Assembly: GCA_041665345.1 (NCBI GenBank)
Contig: JBAYJA010000003.1
Coordinates: 103,202 to 167,201 of the forward strand
From: Patescibacteria group bacterium
GTDB taxonomy: Bacteria > Patescibacteriota > Patescibacteriia > PEXW01
Length of the DNA stretch: 64,000 nucleotides
Direction of reading: 5' to 3'
In this document: positions 19,101-27,205 of the stretch, piece by piece
Numbering within the stretch: the first letter of the stretch is position 1
How the letters are laid out: the number at the start of each line of letters is the position of its first letter
Notes under the pieces: generated by a model
The model's input: only the letters and a program-made list of their open reading frames with translations
What the model was told of the DNA's origin: nothing
Database searches by the model: none
Position numbers and translations under genes: made by a program

Positions 19101-21075
19101 CGCCGTAAGACACGTTCAGGTACGGCTCACCATTTGCGTTAATGGCATTTTCCGCGGCAAACGTCGGTGAAGGAAGAGCCTGGCCGTCATAGTAGGAGAA
19201 GAGGACACCGCCATTGCCGTGGAGCAGGTAGAAGCGATTGTCAGCAGTGCAGGCAATATCTGCGCCAGCGCCAGCAGCGGCAGGAGCAGTAAGCGTACTG
19301 AAGGCTTGATCCAGTGCTGCGTTTATGGGGAAGTTATACACTTGCGTATTGGTGCTGCCACCGCCACGGACAATGAATAAGTTTCCGCTTCCGTCGTAAC
19401 ACATTGCAGAGCCGGTTGAAAGCGCAGCAGGCGTGCTACTCACACTGGCTGCCCAGGTTCGGGCGCCAATCAGGTACCGGCGAATGGGAGCCGCCGCATT
19501 TGCTTGCGCCACGAATAGGCAACCGGACGCGTCGCTGCAATCTGCTCCGTTTGGTACGTAAGCGATGAGATTATCACCCGTAGTACTGGTTGCAGCTTGC
19601 GTGATGATTGCGTCCCACTTTGGCGTTCCCACATCGTACCGAACAAATTCTGGAACACCACCCAGAGTTGCGTACACGTACCCATTGAGGTAGATCATGG
19701 ATGCGCCTGCTGCGGTGGCCCGTTGGGTATTTTCCGTCGCGGCGGCATTCGCATCCCAGGTGCCACCCGAGCCAGAAATCGTATTCACATCGTATTTCAC
19801 GAATTCCGTGTTCCCGCCGTTGAAGACGTAAATGTCGTCATTCGTGTTATCGAATGCCATGGCACTGCCCGCTGCGATGTTGCCAGTACCAGTGTACGAA
19901 GGAAAATTTTGAAAATTTGTAAACCACTGCTCAAGTGCAAGGTCGTAACGGAAAAAGAAACGGTTACTACCCAGAACGCTATAGATACACCCCGTTGTGC
20001 AGTAGGTATCACTCCCGATGGTGAATGCAGTGTCAGAAAAGATTAGGGGGTGTGACGTGGTTGCGTTTACCGGGTCTGGCACGGATGTACCACTGGACCA
20101 GGCATTTGTCTGCGTGTCGTAAATGAAGAAGCCTGATTGCCCACCGCCTTGGACTGCGTAGAGTTTGCCATTGTTCCCGCTTTCAATGTCCGCGCCACCC
20201 TGTGCAGAAGTTGAGCCCCATACATCTGGCGCGTTGCTTAGCGTGGACCACGTGTCCGTGTAGATGTCGTACTTGAAGAATGCGCCGGTTGCGTCTGTCG
20301 TAGAAAGTCCGTCATTTCCGTTGATCGCGTAAATCGCGCCGTCGTAGTAGGTGATGGCGCTGCTATAGAGGAATGGCGTGGGCGCATCAGCAAGTTGCTT
20401 CCAGGTGTTCGTGTCTGGGTTGTACCGGAAGAAGTCAGGTTGCCGACCACCAACAATCATGTATACGTAACTACCATCAGTGGTCAGGTCCGTACCAATG
20501 TCAGCTGGTTCCGAAGCCAGACCGTAGTTCCCGCGGAGGTTTTCTGGAAAACCCGGCGTGCTGGCATCCCAGGTGCCAACCCCGCCGCTTTTGATGGTCA
20601 AACTCCCTGGGGTGGTTGCAGTGTCCAGGGTGTTGTTCCAAAATTCTCCCGCTTCCCAATCCGCTTGGCTAGAGACAACTCGCGTTTCCGCAACGGCCAG
20701 GATGCTGCGAACCGCAAAGATCATGCCTAGCGCTCCGAGGACAACAACTGCAGCCACGGTATAGCGTCGGTGATGTTCTTGGATCGAGATTTGCGCCTTG
20801 GTTACCTGTGGTCGGCTATTTCTGATGCTTGAAACAATTTTTGTAGCGTACCCTCGTGTTTTCTGTAAAAACCCCACGAATGTCAACGTTGTATTGTTGC
20901 TGGTACGCTTGTGGAAAGACCGGGTTTTTAGCGGAATTGACAAAGTAACCGGTTTTTTCGGTTTCTGAGGAGCTCGAGGGGTTTTTTTAGCTAATTTCAG
21001 CGAAAAATTTGACTTTTTCAGGCCTTTTTTCGCTGCTTTTTTGCCGTTTCGTGCCGACAAGCTAGAACGGGGCAT
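13165..21075 (-). CDS. Giant surface protein (2636 aa) with Kelch-like beta-propellers and FN3-like domains
   Basis: Basic N-tail, one TM, many FxRYD..T.TW repeats, C-terminal TTYYFRV-type FN3 repeats. Confidence 0.85.
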   Translation of the reverse strand: MPRSSLSARNGKKAAKKGLKKSNFSLKLAKKTPRAPQKPKKPVTLSIPLKTRSFHKRTSNNTTLTFVGFLQKTRGYATKIVSSIRNSRPQVTKAQISIQEHHRRYTVAAVVVLGALGMIFAVRSILAVAETRVVSSQADWEAGEFWNNTLDTATTPGSLTIKSGGVGTWDASTPGFPENLRGNYGLASEPADIGTDLTTDGSYVYMIVGGRQPDFFRYNPDTNTWKQLADAPTPFLYSSAITYYDGAIYAINGNDGLSTTDATGAFFKYDIYTDTWSTLSNAPDVWGSTSAQGGADIESGNNGKLYAVQGGGQSGFFIYDTQTNAWSSGTSVPDPVNATTSHPLIFSDTAFTIGSDTYCTTGCIYSVLGSNRFFFRYDLALEQWFTNFQNFPSYTGTGNIAAGSAMAFDNTNDDIYVFNGGNTEFVKYDVNTISGSGGTWDANAAATENTQRATAAGASMIYLNGYVYATLGGVPEFVRYDVGTPKWDAIITQAATSTTGDNLIAYVPNGADCSDASGCLFVAQANAAAPIRRYLIGARTWAASVSSTPAALSTGSAMCYDGSGNLFIVRGGGSTNTQVYNFPINAALDQAFSTLTAPAAAGAGADIACTADNRFYLLHGNGGVLFSYYDGQALPSPTFAAENAINANGEPYLNVSYGAALASNRTDVADATDVYALIGNGRGVLLKFNIAGDTWDELTNMPTAPGTNVAGAQYTNTMVYDRTDNLYVFPGKMSKEVWRYDMSGNSWSRAADAPVRLGRSHGVTHGNAAGTMYLMRGENFNGIHKFNFETDAYIPAATWVSAPMDLHYVSSFTSLTSNATLNGNTIDFSTRSSDDGASWSAWASVSGTTIASAANRYIQVKAQLNSAAGDDAPVLDDFTITYEKDSTAPANPTVSAWTSSAKTTTLATPATTFATNPYFEFTPPAQTESPISGYYVAWTSGASCSTFNPSTSEDYFQTGTTYTVNSSVVNGTQYCLRVATKDVAGNVSSAANLFLYTYTGISPAATRQWSSQADFAYTGTTATDVNTNASSGTALQLSAVSNGAWSSEAPLPAAVSNGAAIVGDGNGSLYILRGAGQQTFYHYNINTKVITAKTNYGAAVNTGASAVFVSSGATGCADASGCVFATRGATTTEWRRYDITANTWTAASPGAGSLTVLPLTAANGASLAYNGSDTIYFLGGSTAPSTRFYSYNLGTGVWTQRSDVDQTVGLGGALSYVPTNIGACTAAGGCVYATRGNNTSHFWKGTIASSGAVTWSYTTNIPVWTGDGAAIRRVGSYLYLIRGTASNGFYRFDLSTSTWTSMPTLPTIKGQGSEQGLAYDTATNTLYSLRGYNVEATVLAFDITRNLWKGTAIPHGFSTAGFSTGTMAYDTQTGYVYAGRGVTFSDWWQLNPTTNAWLRKADVPHTLSTGADAEYVNHGTDSYDGVYVLTGNEAQGDNVGFFYRYNPTTDVWTRLANTPGEPTAGADLVWDGTNTIYTAQGGTTAYYKYVISTNTWSTVASTIPVLNGSGSCAVRINVSGTDYIYLTRANSQANIYRFNIGTETWDAAATVESAPAVLVGADACVADGQGNILVPQGTTNTNMYVLDPDGDSNGVWTTRAVPQTYTNGQLVMTTNNVILGNRGTSTSAIDRYIVATASTGYEDFGQWTSEILDFGAGLYGFGGIAVNAAEATNTTMTVETRTCSDAGCAASATDSHWGSWTAVTNTHPVGTVKTSTVASTLARYGQARITFRSDQVATPTIYDVTWSSYTDGTDPTNPVSAGAYTDNGKTVSINPGDWTNDATPYFEWTGSDNAGGIGLEGFYVYFGTDNSCTDPSGAACNASNLAHVSGSHYYAVAGDGVTGSWNAASQSSTALTSGTYYLKIMSRDRNANVTDAAVTGFTFQVDVANPSAPGSIVATPAGYSSLNSFGFTWTAGSDTGGSGINQYCYTTEGPGATETCVSAATLSIANIQAYQARANVFKVRSRDLAGNYSSAYAPVNYYFSGNTPAAPQGLVVTPTSQTDNNTFSFSWGLPSSCLGQTPCDAADILRYCYTLNELPSADTCGYNTAGSATPSPDGGWTTTTQTADRSLAAFSAATKQGTNTFYLIAADAIGNIDYTAVASVDFTFTSTAPGAPGSVQAIDSSDRSTKRYSVTLTWDEPTDKGSGVEQYAIYRCTKESATATNCDGPSTTDEPPTNYSRIATNKTLGYLDLGLDSTKVYAYFLRAVGTGGALSGNSSIVAEQPEGRFTSPPPIVEGPIVAPDSFAAVVTWRTERTASSFVEFGTTVDALSKEQGTATQIDAHEVRVTGLQPKTTYFFRVKSIDIDENIAYSSIGQFTTLEAPRVENVKITDIRLNDAIISWTSTKEATAIIQYGPTTDYGFTYTAASGFSSTHTVKLENLKDSTTYHFRLEGVDRADNPIASDDYNFTTLTFPKILTVSAENKAEGQTEVKWTTNVQTTSEVEYYNENAAPKTQGNSSLVREHSILVFGLEDATEYKFKVRGRDQFGYEAVSGENKFRTLEDTTPPVISEVKSESNTVGSGDAAKIQIIVSWKTNEPTSSQVQYGEGLSGSSYSAETDENAERVRDHLVVIGGLTPAKTYHFRVVSKDKAGNESKSQGYSILTSRARQSFLQIVIGNLEDTFSWLGGVGNLFGG

Positions 21076-21223
21076 GGGATTTTGGTGTATTTTTAGCTAA
21101 CTTTAGCCAAAATTTTACGCAGAAGAACTTCTACTAATTAGTAGGAATTATAACCAATTTTGGCTGGAAACTGTATGTATATTGTATAACAAAAATCGAC
21201 TTTTGTCAAATATTGATAATCTC

Positions 21224-22318
21224 CTATTTCACCAACATTCCGTCCCCAAAGGAGAAGAAACGCAGCTTCTTGCGGATTGCCTGCTGGTAGATTCTCATGA
21301 GTTCTGATCGCCCGGTCAGGCTAGCAACCAGCATGAGCAAGCTAGACTGCGGAACGTGGAAGTTCGTTATGAGTCCATTCACCATTTGGCATTTGTAGCC
21401 TGGTTGAATGAAGAGGCGGGTTTCGTCATTTCCTGCCTTGAGTTTGCCATTTCTGACAGAAGACTCTAGGGCTCGGGCAACGGTGGTGCCCACGGCAATG
21501 ATTGGACGGTTTTGCAGCTTTGCTTTGTTCAGCGCCTGAGCAACAGTAGGCGAAATGGCAAAAGTTTCTGCATGGAGTTTTTTGGTTTTGAGTTTTTCCG
21601 GCGTCAGCGGGGCAAAGGTGCCAAGATTCACGTGGAGCGTTACGTATTCCATGCCAATCCCTTGTCGCTTCAGATCAGCGAGCAAACGTTTGGTAAAGTG
21701 TAATGACGCCGTGGGCGCGGCCACGGAGCCGCTACGTTTGGCAAAGATTGCTTGGTATTCTTTCTTACGCTGAGCTTCAGTTAACGGTGAGTGCTTCAGG
21801 TACGGCGGTAGCGGCGTGCTGCCGAATTTTTCCAAAACCGTAAAGAGTTTGGTAACTGGAAACGACGGTTTGAGGATGTACTCACCTTTCGCATGTCGAA
21901 TCACCGTGAAGGAGAGTTGTTTCGCCAGGGTCAATTGTTCGGCAGCACCCGCCTGGCTCGGCTGACCTCGCTTGGCGGGCAGGGACAGCAGCCGATCAGC
22001 CAGCACGCGTATATTTTTTCCAGCTGTGCCAACGTAGAGCACGCGAACTTTGCCTCCGGTTTTTCGCGTGAGGGTCAGCCGGGCGGGAATGACTTTCGTT
22101 TCATTGAAAACGAGCATGGCATTCTTTGGCAGGTATTTTCCAAGATTTCGAAAAGTGTCAAATTGTACATGCTTGGTTTTCCGGTCGTACACCAAAAGCC
22201 GGCTGCTGTCCCGTGGCCGCGCTGGGGTTTGGGCAATCAGCTCCTTGGGGAGTGTATAGTCGTACTGCTTCACAATACGTACAAAGCTCTTTGGGGCTTG
22301 ACGAAATGTGTTAGGCAT
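21224..22318 (-). CDS. queA: S-adenosylmethionine:tRNA ribosyltransferase-isomerase
   Basis: YDYTLPKELIAQTP, PLPPY, SVAAPTASLHF, AVGTT, FFSFGDGM. Confidence 0.95.
   Translation of the reverse strand: MPNTFRQAPKSFVRIVKQYDYTLPKELIAQTPARPRDSSRLLVYDRKTKHVQFDTFRNLGKYLPKNAMLVFNETKVIPARLTLTRKTGGKVRVLYVGTAGKNIRVLADRLLSLPAKRGQPSQAGAAEQLTLAKQLSFTVIRHAKGEYILKPSFPVTKLFTVLEKFGSTPLPPYLKHSPLTEAQRKKEYQAIFAKRSGSVAAPTASLHFTKRLLADLKRQGIGMEYVTLHVNLGTFAPLTPEKLKTKKLHAETFAISPTVAQALNKAKLQNRPIIAVGTTVARALESSVRNGKLKAGNDETRLFIQPGYKCQMVNGLITNFHVPQSSLLMLVASLTGRSELMRIYQQAIRKKLRFFSFGDGMLVK
21948..21983. mobile_element. 36-nt palindromic element inserted in-frame in queA
   Basis: CCCGCC...GGCGGGCAGG; removing it keeps the frame and gives LADRLLSAAEQL. 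Confidence 0.65.
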
Positions 22319-22353
22319 AGTTCAATAGTGGGAAACCAACAAGGAGGTTTACA

Positions 22354-22566
22354 GTGTTTGAAGTGCTTACGTACTGCACGGTTGCAGTCGTTTCAGTCGT
22401 CATTCTGTTTCTGGTTGGCCTGGGATGCTTCAGTGGTATCCAGATGCTTGTGCAAGGAATGCGTTGCAGGGATTGGCGCAGCATCCGCGAAGGACTGTGG
22501 TGCGCGGCTGGTCCAACGCTCTCGCTCATTTTCTATGTTCCAGTAGTAGGACGGCTCGTGTCCTAA
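22354..22566 (+). CDS. Small membrane protein
   Basis: AGGAGG SD before GTG, two hydrophobic segments, terminator hairpin after. Confidence 0.6.
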   Translation: MFEVLTYCTVAVVSVVILFLVGLGCFSGIQMLVQGMRCRDWRSIREGLWCAAGPTLSLIFYVPVVGRLVS

Positions 22567-22721
22567 AAAGCATAGCTCCTGGATTTCCGGGAGCTTTTTA
22601 TTTGTAAGTACATTGGTTAGAATTTTTGGACATAGAGTCGAGATATATTACGGTTGACCCTTCCAGGGTAGTAAGAGTATAGTACAGAAAAGGAAAAATA
22701 CATTGAAAGCATGAGGTACGT

Positions 22722-22949
22722 ATGAGTCTGTTCGGTATTTTGTTTGTGCTGAGTTTTAGCGGCACGCTCTATGGTCTCATTAGCTGGTTTGCTTGCTTGA
22801 GCTCATTGCAAGCAAGTACAGGTTCAGCCAGTGATGCAGAGTTGAGGCAATTACGCGCAGAGGTTCGCAGGTCAAAGTTCATTACCATTACGTGTCTGGG
22901 TTGTGTAGTAGTGAGTTTTGGTATTTTATTGATTCGCGCCTTTCCGTAA
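22722..22949 (+). CDS. Small 2-TM protein
   Basis: GAGG SD, upstream promoter-like TTGACC/TATAGT, terminator after. Confidence 0.6.
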   Translation: MSLFGILFVLSFSGTLYGLISWFACLSSLQASTGSASDAELRQLRAEVRRSKFITITCLGCVVVSFGILLIRAFP

Positions 22950-23096
22950 GAATCGTAGTTATTATTTGCCACGACGTAGATCGTGGCTTTTTTATTTTTT
23001 TTCTTTTACCACAGCCATCCCATTGCTATTGACAGTTTATGCGCGCGGTATAATACTTAAATACTTAAAACGTCCATTCAAAAAGTGAGGAAAAAT

Positions 23097-23324
23097 ATGT
23101 ATCACGGCGTCCCAATAAGTTTTGGGGAGGGACTTGCCCTCATTGGTATGATTGTCGGCGCAATCGCGATTACCATTGGCGGCCTTTTTGTCGGAGAAGA
23201 CGGTTGGTTGGAATGGGATAGTAAACTTGCGACCAAAGTTCCTTCCACTGCAGCAACGCTGCTTGTCGTTGGATTCATTATCTTCGGGGCAAGTATTTGG
23301 TATCTGTTTTCCATCTACCAATGA
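23097..23324 (+). CDS. Small 2-TM protein
   Basis: TTGACA/TATAAT upstream, GAGG SD, two TMs. Confidence 0.6.
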   Translation: MYHGVPISFGEGLALIGMIVGAIAITIGGLFVGEDGWLEWDSKLATKVPSTAATLLVVGFIIFGASIWYLFSIYQ

Positions 23325-23367
23325 CAAATACAGGCAATCTTTTTTCAAGAGCTCCAAATGGGGCTCT

Positions 23368-24501
23368 TTACATTTTTCCATGCACAATGAGTTGTCGGTA
23401 CTCTGCCACCAGCGTATTGAAGAAGAAGAGATTGTGCTGGGTGAGCAATGTCAGCCCAGTAATTTCTTTCGCACGCAAAAGGTGGCACAGATATGCGCGG
23501 GAGTAGGTTTTGCAGACAGCACACTGGCAGGTTGGATCCAGTGGTTTTTTATCATTCAGCAACGCTCGCTTGGATACGTCCAGTTTTCCTTTGCTGGTAA
23601 ATGCCGTGCCATGGCGGGCATAGTGCGTGGGTACAATGCAGTCAAACGTGTCCACGCCGGATTTGATTACTTCAGGAATGTCTTTGATATGACCAATGCC
23701 CAACAAGTGCCGCGGTTTCGCCTCAGGGAGTTCTGCGTTGACCCAGCTGAGCATTTGCCGCATTGTTTTCGTGCTGCCGCCAAACTCCCCGCCTATAGCA
23801 AAGCCATCAAAGGGTAAGCTCGCAATGAATTTTGCGCTGGAAATGCGTAAATCTTTAAACGGTCCACCCTGCACAATTCCGTACAATGCTTGTCGCGAAG
23901 TTTTTTCTTTAAGACAGACTTTTGCCCAGGCGTGCGTTTTTTCCAATGACGCCGCGTGGTAGGCGTGGCTGGCATGGGGTGGCGGGCACTCATCAAAGGC
24001 CAGGATAATGTCCGCGCCCAGTTTTTGCTGGATGCGGATGGACATGCGGGGACCCAGAAAAAGTTTTTTGCCATCAATGGGTGACTGGAACCAGACACCG
24101 CGGTCGGTGATTTTCACGCGTTGCGGTTGGCGGCCAAGATTCACTTTTGCTCCATTTGACTTGCTCACTTTTCCCACGCCCAAATCTCGGCCGAAGCCCA
24201 GACTAAAAACTTGAAAGCCGCCGGAGTCAGTCATGAGCGGCACTGGGAGTTTGGAAAAAGCGTGCAAGCCGCCGTGCTTGGCTACAATTTTTTCGCCTGG
24301 TTTTAAGTGAAGGTGGAAGGTGTTGCAAATCGCCAATTGCGTGCCCGTGGCGCGAACCTGGTCAATGGTCAGGGCTTTCACCACGCCCTGCGTGCCAACA
24401 GCCACAAAGGCGGGTGTCTGTACCGTGCCGTGCGGGGTTTTTAGCACGCCCAGCCGTGCCTGGCTCCGCTTGGATGTTTTCGTGATACGAAAGGTGATCA
24501 T
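23368..24501 (-). CDS. tgt: tRNA-guanine transglycosylase
   Basis: MTDSGGFQVFSL, GIVQGG, HLLGIG, FDC, CQCAVC zinc site. Confidence 0.96.
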   Translation of the reverse strand: MITFRITKTSKRSQARLGVLKTPHGTVQTPAFVAVGTQGVVKALTIDQVRATGTQLAICNTFHLHLKPGEKIVAKHGGLHAFSKLPVPLMTDSGGFQVFSLGFGRDLGVGKVSKSNGAKVNLGRQPQRVKITDRGVWFQSPIDGKKLFLGPRMSIRIQQKLGADIILAFDECPPPHASHAYHAASLEKTHAWAKVCLKEKTSRQALYGIVQGGPFKDLRISSAKFIASLPFDGFAIGGEFGGSTKTMRQMLSWVNAELPEAKPRHLLGIGHIKDIPEVIKSGVDTFDCIVPTHYARHGTAFTSKGKLDVSKRALLNDKKPLDPTCQCAVCKTYSRAYLCHLLRAKEITGLTLLTQHNLFFFNTLVAEYRQLIVHGKM

Positions 24502-24588
24502 GAAAATATCCTAGCATAAAGCGCAGGCAGAGCCGCCCGCACTTGATAAATACCCAAGGGCGGCCCACTGTGGCCGCCGGAATGATAA

Positions 24589-24915
24589 TCATGCATGCCC
24601 CTCATGCATCTCGTCCCATTTCCATTCTCGATCTTTGTTGTTCTGCAATTTTTGCAGAATAGCTTTTTCCATATCAATATTGAAGACACCAGCTAAGTGC
24701 AGGACACGTTGGATGACGTCACCCAGCTCTTCAGCAAAACCGTGCGGGCCGTCCAGTTTTTTGTGTCGGTACGCTTCGTATGCTTCACTCACCTCGGCAT
24801 GGATGAGGGCAATTTTTTCCGCCACATGCACCTCGTCCGGCTGTGTGCCAAAGCCTTTCTGCTTTGCTTGCTCCAGAATGAGAGCGGTGAGTTCTTGAAG
24901 TGAAAGTTTTTGCAT
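24589..24915 (-). CDS. MazG-like NTP pyrophosphohydrolase
   Basis: IHAEVSEAYEAYR, EELGDV. Confidence 0.85.
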   Translation of the reverse strand: MQKLSLQELTALILEQAKQKGFGTQPDEVHVAEKIALIHAEVSEAYEAYRHKKLDGPHGFAEELGDVIQRVLHLAGVFNIDMEKAILQKLQNNKDREWKWDEMHEGHA

Positions 24916-24926
24916 GCACCTCTATG

Positions 24927-25343
24927 TTAAGGACGAAACCCCTGCTCCCGCAAATGGGTAATGGGCAGGAACAGTGGTTCAGGTAGTTTATCCCAGCCAA
25001 ACCATTCCCAGCGCTCGCACTTCTCAGGTTCCAGAACTTGCGGCTCTTTGCTCACCCAGTCAGCAATGACGTACAAGGTAATGTAGTGCTTTCCTTCGTT
25101 TTCGTGGACATCATTGGTGTATGGCCCGCGGCGGAGATTGGCTATTTCTACCCCACACTCCTCAGCCACTTCTCGCAAAGCGCATTCTTCCGGGGTTTCA
25201 CCATACTCCAAATGTCCCCCTGGAAAAGCCCACGTTCCATTACCGTGGAGACTCTTTCGTTTCTGCAAGAGGACCTTGCCATCTTTCATGACAATAACCC
25301 CAACGCCTACACGAGGTCGATTTGTAGGTACCACATCAGCCAT
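24927..25343 (-). CDS. NUDIX hydrolase (NUDT15/MutT-like)
   Basis: PRVGVGV, PGGHLEYGETPEECALREVAEECG, EPEKCERWEWF. Confidence 0.92.
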   Translation of the reverse strand: MADVVPTNRPRVGVGVIVMKDGKVLLQKRKSLHGNGTWAFPGGHLEYGETPEECALREVAEECGVEIANLRRGPYTNDVHENEGKHYITLYVIADWVSKEPQVLEPEKCERWEWFGWDKLPEPLFLPITHLREQGFRP

Positions 25344-25347
25344 ACAA

Positions 25348-25770
25348 TTATTTGTTGCGTTTGAGAAACGCCTCAAACGCGGGAATGAGGTTTGGGATGA
25401 GATTGTACTTTTGGAAGTCTTTCGGATCAATCCACTGTGCGTCATCATGGTCTTGGCTCAGAGTAACTGCGTCAGTGCTCGTTTCACACACAAAAAACGT
25501 TGCCACCACTTGCCAGGGTTCACCTTTGACCACTGGCCGCCACTCATCTACATGGAAAGGTTGGCCAAGGGTTACTTCCAAACCTGTCTCCTCCCGGATT
25601 TCTCGGCGCAGGCTTTCATCAAAGCGTTCACCGGGTGGAATGCGGCCGCCCACAATGTCATACCGGGCGGCATTGGTACCCTCCTCATACTTTTTTGACT
25701 CACGGAGAATAAGCACCTTTCCATTGAAGGTGATGAAAGCTTTCATGGCCACGAAGATTTTTGGAGTCAT
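25348..25770 (-). CDS. NUDIX hydrolase
   Basis: GGRIPPGERFDESLRREIREETG. Confidence 0.9.
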   Translation of the reverse strand: MTPKIFVAMKAFITFNGKVLILRESKKYEEGTNAARYDIVGGRIPPGERFDESLRREIREETGLEVTLGQPFHVDEWRPVVKGEPWQVVATFFVCETSTDAVTLSQDHDDAQWIDPKDFQKYNLIPNLIPAFEAFLKRNK

Positions 25771-25836
25771 ACAAATAGTGTACAACAAAACCGGGCGCTT
25801 GGGGCAACCCGGTTGTGTAACGATCCATTGGGAATT

Positions 25837-26322
25837 TTATCGCCTTTTCCAATGTCGAGAGCCAGTGACCAACGGCTGCGGGTGGCGAGGTTCTGCGTGT
25901 GGCGCTTTTGGGGTTTCAGAGATTCTTGTTAGATCATTGTTGAGAACCACGATGTCCATGCTGGCCAACTCATCCGCGATGTACGGCTGGTTAGGTATGG
26001 GGTTGAGCAAGAAAATGGGCTTCTGCAGGTAGAACGCGTACTGCATTTCCCCAAAGGTATTGGCGCCAATGTAGTTTTCGATACTGTCCTTCAGTACATT
26101 AACCACCAGGATTGCATCCGCCGTTTCAATTTTCCGCATATGTTCGCGAATGAGATCCAAATCTTTCTTGGCTTGCACACGATGCGTAGAATTTTCGTCC
26201 CAGTAGTTCACGCCCTCTACGAGGATTGGCACCTGGCAGCTATGCCCAGCGTTTCGCAGTTCTTGGGCAATAGCCTGCATAAAATTGTAGAATTTCAAAG
26301 ACCCACAAATGACGATATTCAC
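25837..26322 (-). CDS. Nucleoside 2-deoxyribosyltransferase-like fold protein
   Basis: IVICGS, KIETADAILVVN, YIGANTFGEMQYA..LQKPIFL. Confidence 0.7.
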   Translation of the reverse strand: MNIVICGSLKFYNFMQAIAQELRNAGHSCQVPILVEGVNYWDENSTHRVQAKKDLDLIREHMRKIETADAILVVNVLKDSIENYIGANTFGEMQYAFYLQKPIFLLNPIPNQPYIADELASMDIVVLNNDLTRISETPKAPHAEPRHPQPLVTGSRHWKRR

Positions 26323-26369
26323 ATATACTCCTTCCAATTGATTTTTCTTTTCTTGACCTTATGCCATTT

Positions 26370-26789
26370 CTACCTTTTTGCCAAGAGGAAGTTCTGGATG
26401 TAGTTTTCTGCTTCAGACAGCGTTTGATATTCACCTACGGTGAAATATGGATTGCCCCGTACCATAAGCGAAAGACTTCGGTCTGGGCCGGGGCGGTACA
26501 AACACAACGTAGGCTTCTGCAAGCGCTCCGCAGTCGCCAGTTCATACCCCACACCCAGGCTGGGCGTGGTCACTTCTGCCACAACCACGTCAGACTGTTC
26601 AAGCCAGCGTAGGTCTTCAGTGTAAATTTCTTGGATGGTTTGGGTGTCCTCGCGTTTGGTGGAACGTTCCAAATCACCCACATGCTCCGTCAGCACCTGG
26701 CCAAATTGTCGCAGATATGAAATGAGTCTTTGGTAGTGTTCCCGATCTGGCAAGCCGCCGCGGATGGAACCCGCGAAGTAGATGGTCAT
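26370..26789 (-). CDS. RCL/DNPH1-like nucleotide N-glycosidase (NDT family)
   Basis: IYFAGSIRGG, LTEHV, SDVVVAEVTTPSLGVGYE, SLMVRG. Confidence 0.88.
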   Translation of the reverse strand: MTIYFAGSIRGGLPDREHYQRLISYLRQFGQVLTEHVGDLERSTKREDTQTIQEIYTEDLRWLEQSDVVVAEVTTPSLGVGYELATAERLQKPTLCLYRPGPDRSLSLMVRGNPYFTVGEYQTLSEAENYIQNFLLAKR

Positions 26790-27205
26790 TGGTTTACAAA
26801 ATATTCCGCCAAAGGTTCAAACACGTGCTCCGACCACCCGACCTTGTGCTCTCGGGCTTCTTTGGCGTTTGGCAGGTTCGCATGCGTGAGTGTCACTTTG
26901 GTGCCGGTTTTGGTCTTCGCAAAAGTGTAGCGCACTTCGGACGGTTCCCACGCCTCAGCCCACTCAGTTGTTTTCCACGTGTACCCAAGTTCTTTGCCGG
27001 GCTTGTAGGCCAAAACTTTGCCGCTCACCCAGCCGTCAAACATGGCAAAGCGCCCGCCGACTTTTGGTTGGACAATTCCCTCACCGCTCCAGGCAGCAAG
27101 TTTCCTACTATCCGTAAGTGCGTCAAAAACTTCAGCTGGTGAAGCATTGAAGGTTGCGGTGAGAGTGAATCTATGTTGCTGTTTTTTCGTTCTCAAAGTA
27201 ATCAT
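26786..27205 (-). CDS. SRPBCC/AHSA1 domain protein
   Basis: ASPAEVFDALTD, GGRFAMF, TKVTLTH, GW..HVF. Confidence 0.85.
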   Translation of the reverse strand: MITLRTKKQQHRFTLTATFNASPAEVFDALTDSRKLAAWSGEGIVQPKVGGRFAMFDGWVSGKVLAYKPGKELGYTWKTTEWAEAWEPSEVRYTFAKTKTGTKVTLTHANLPNAKEAREHKVGWSEHVFEPLAEYFVNQ

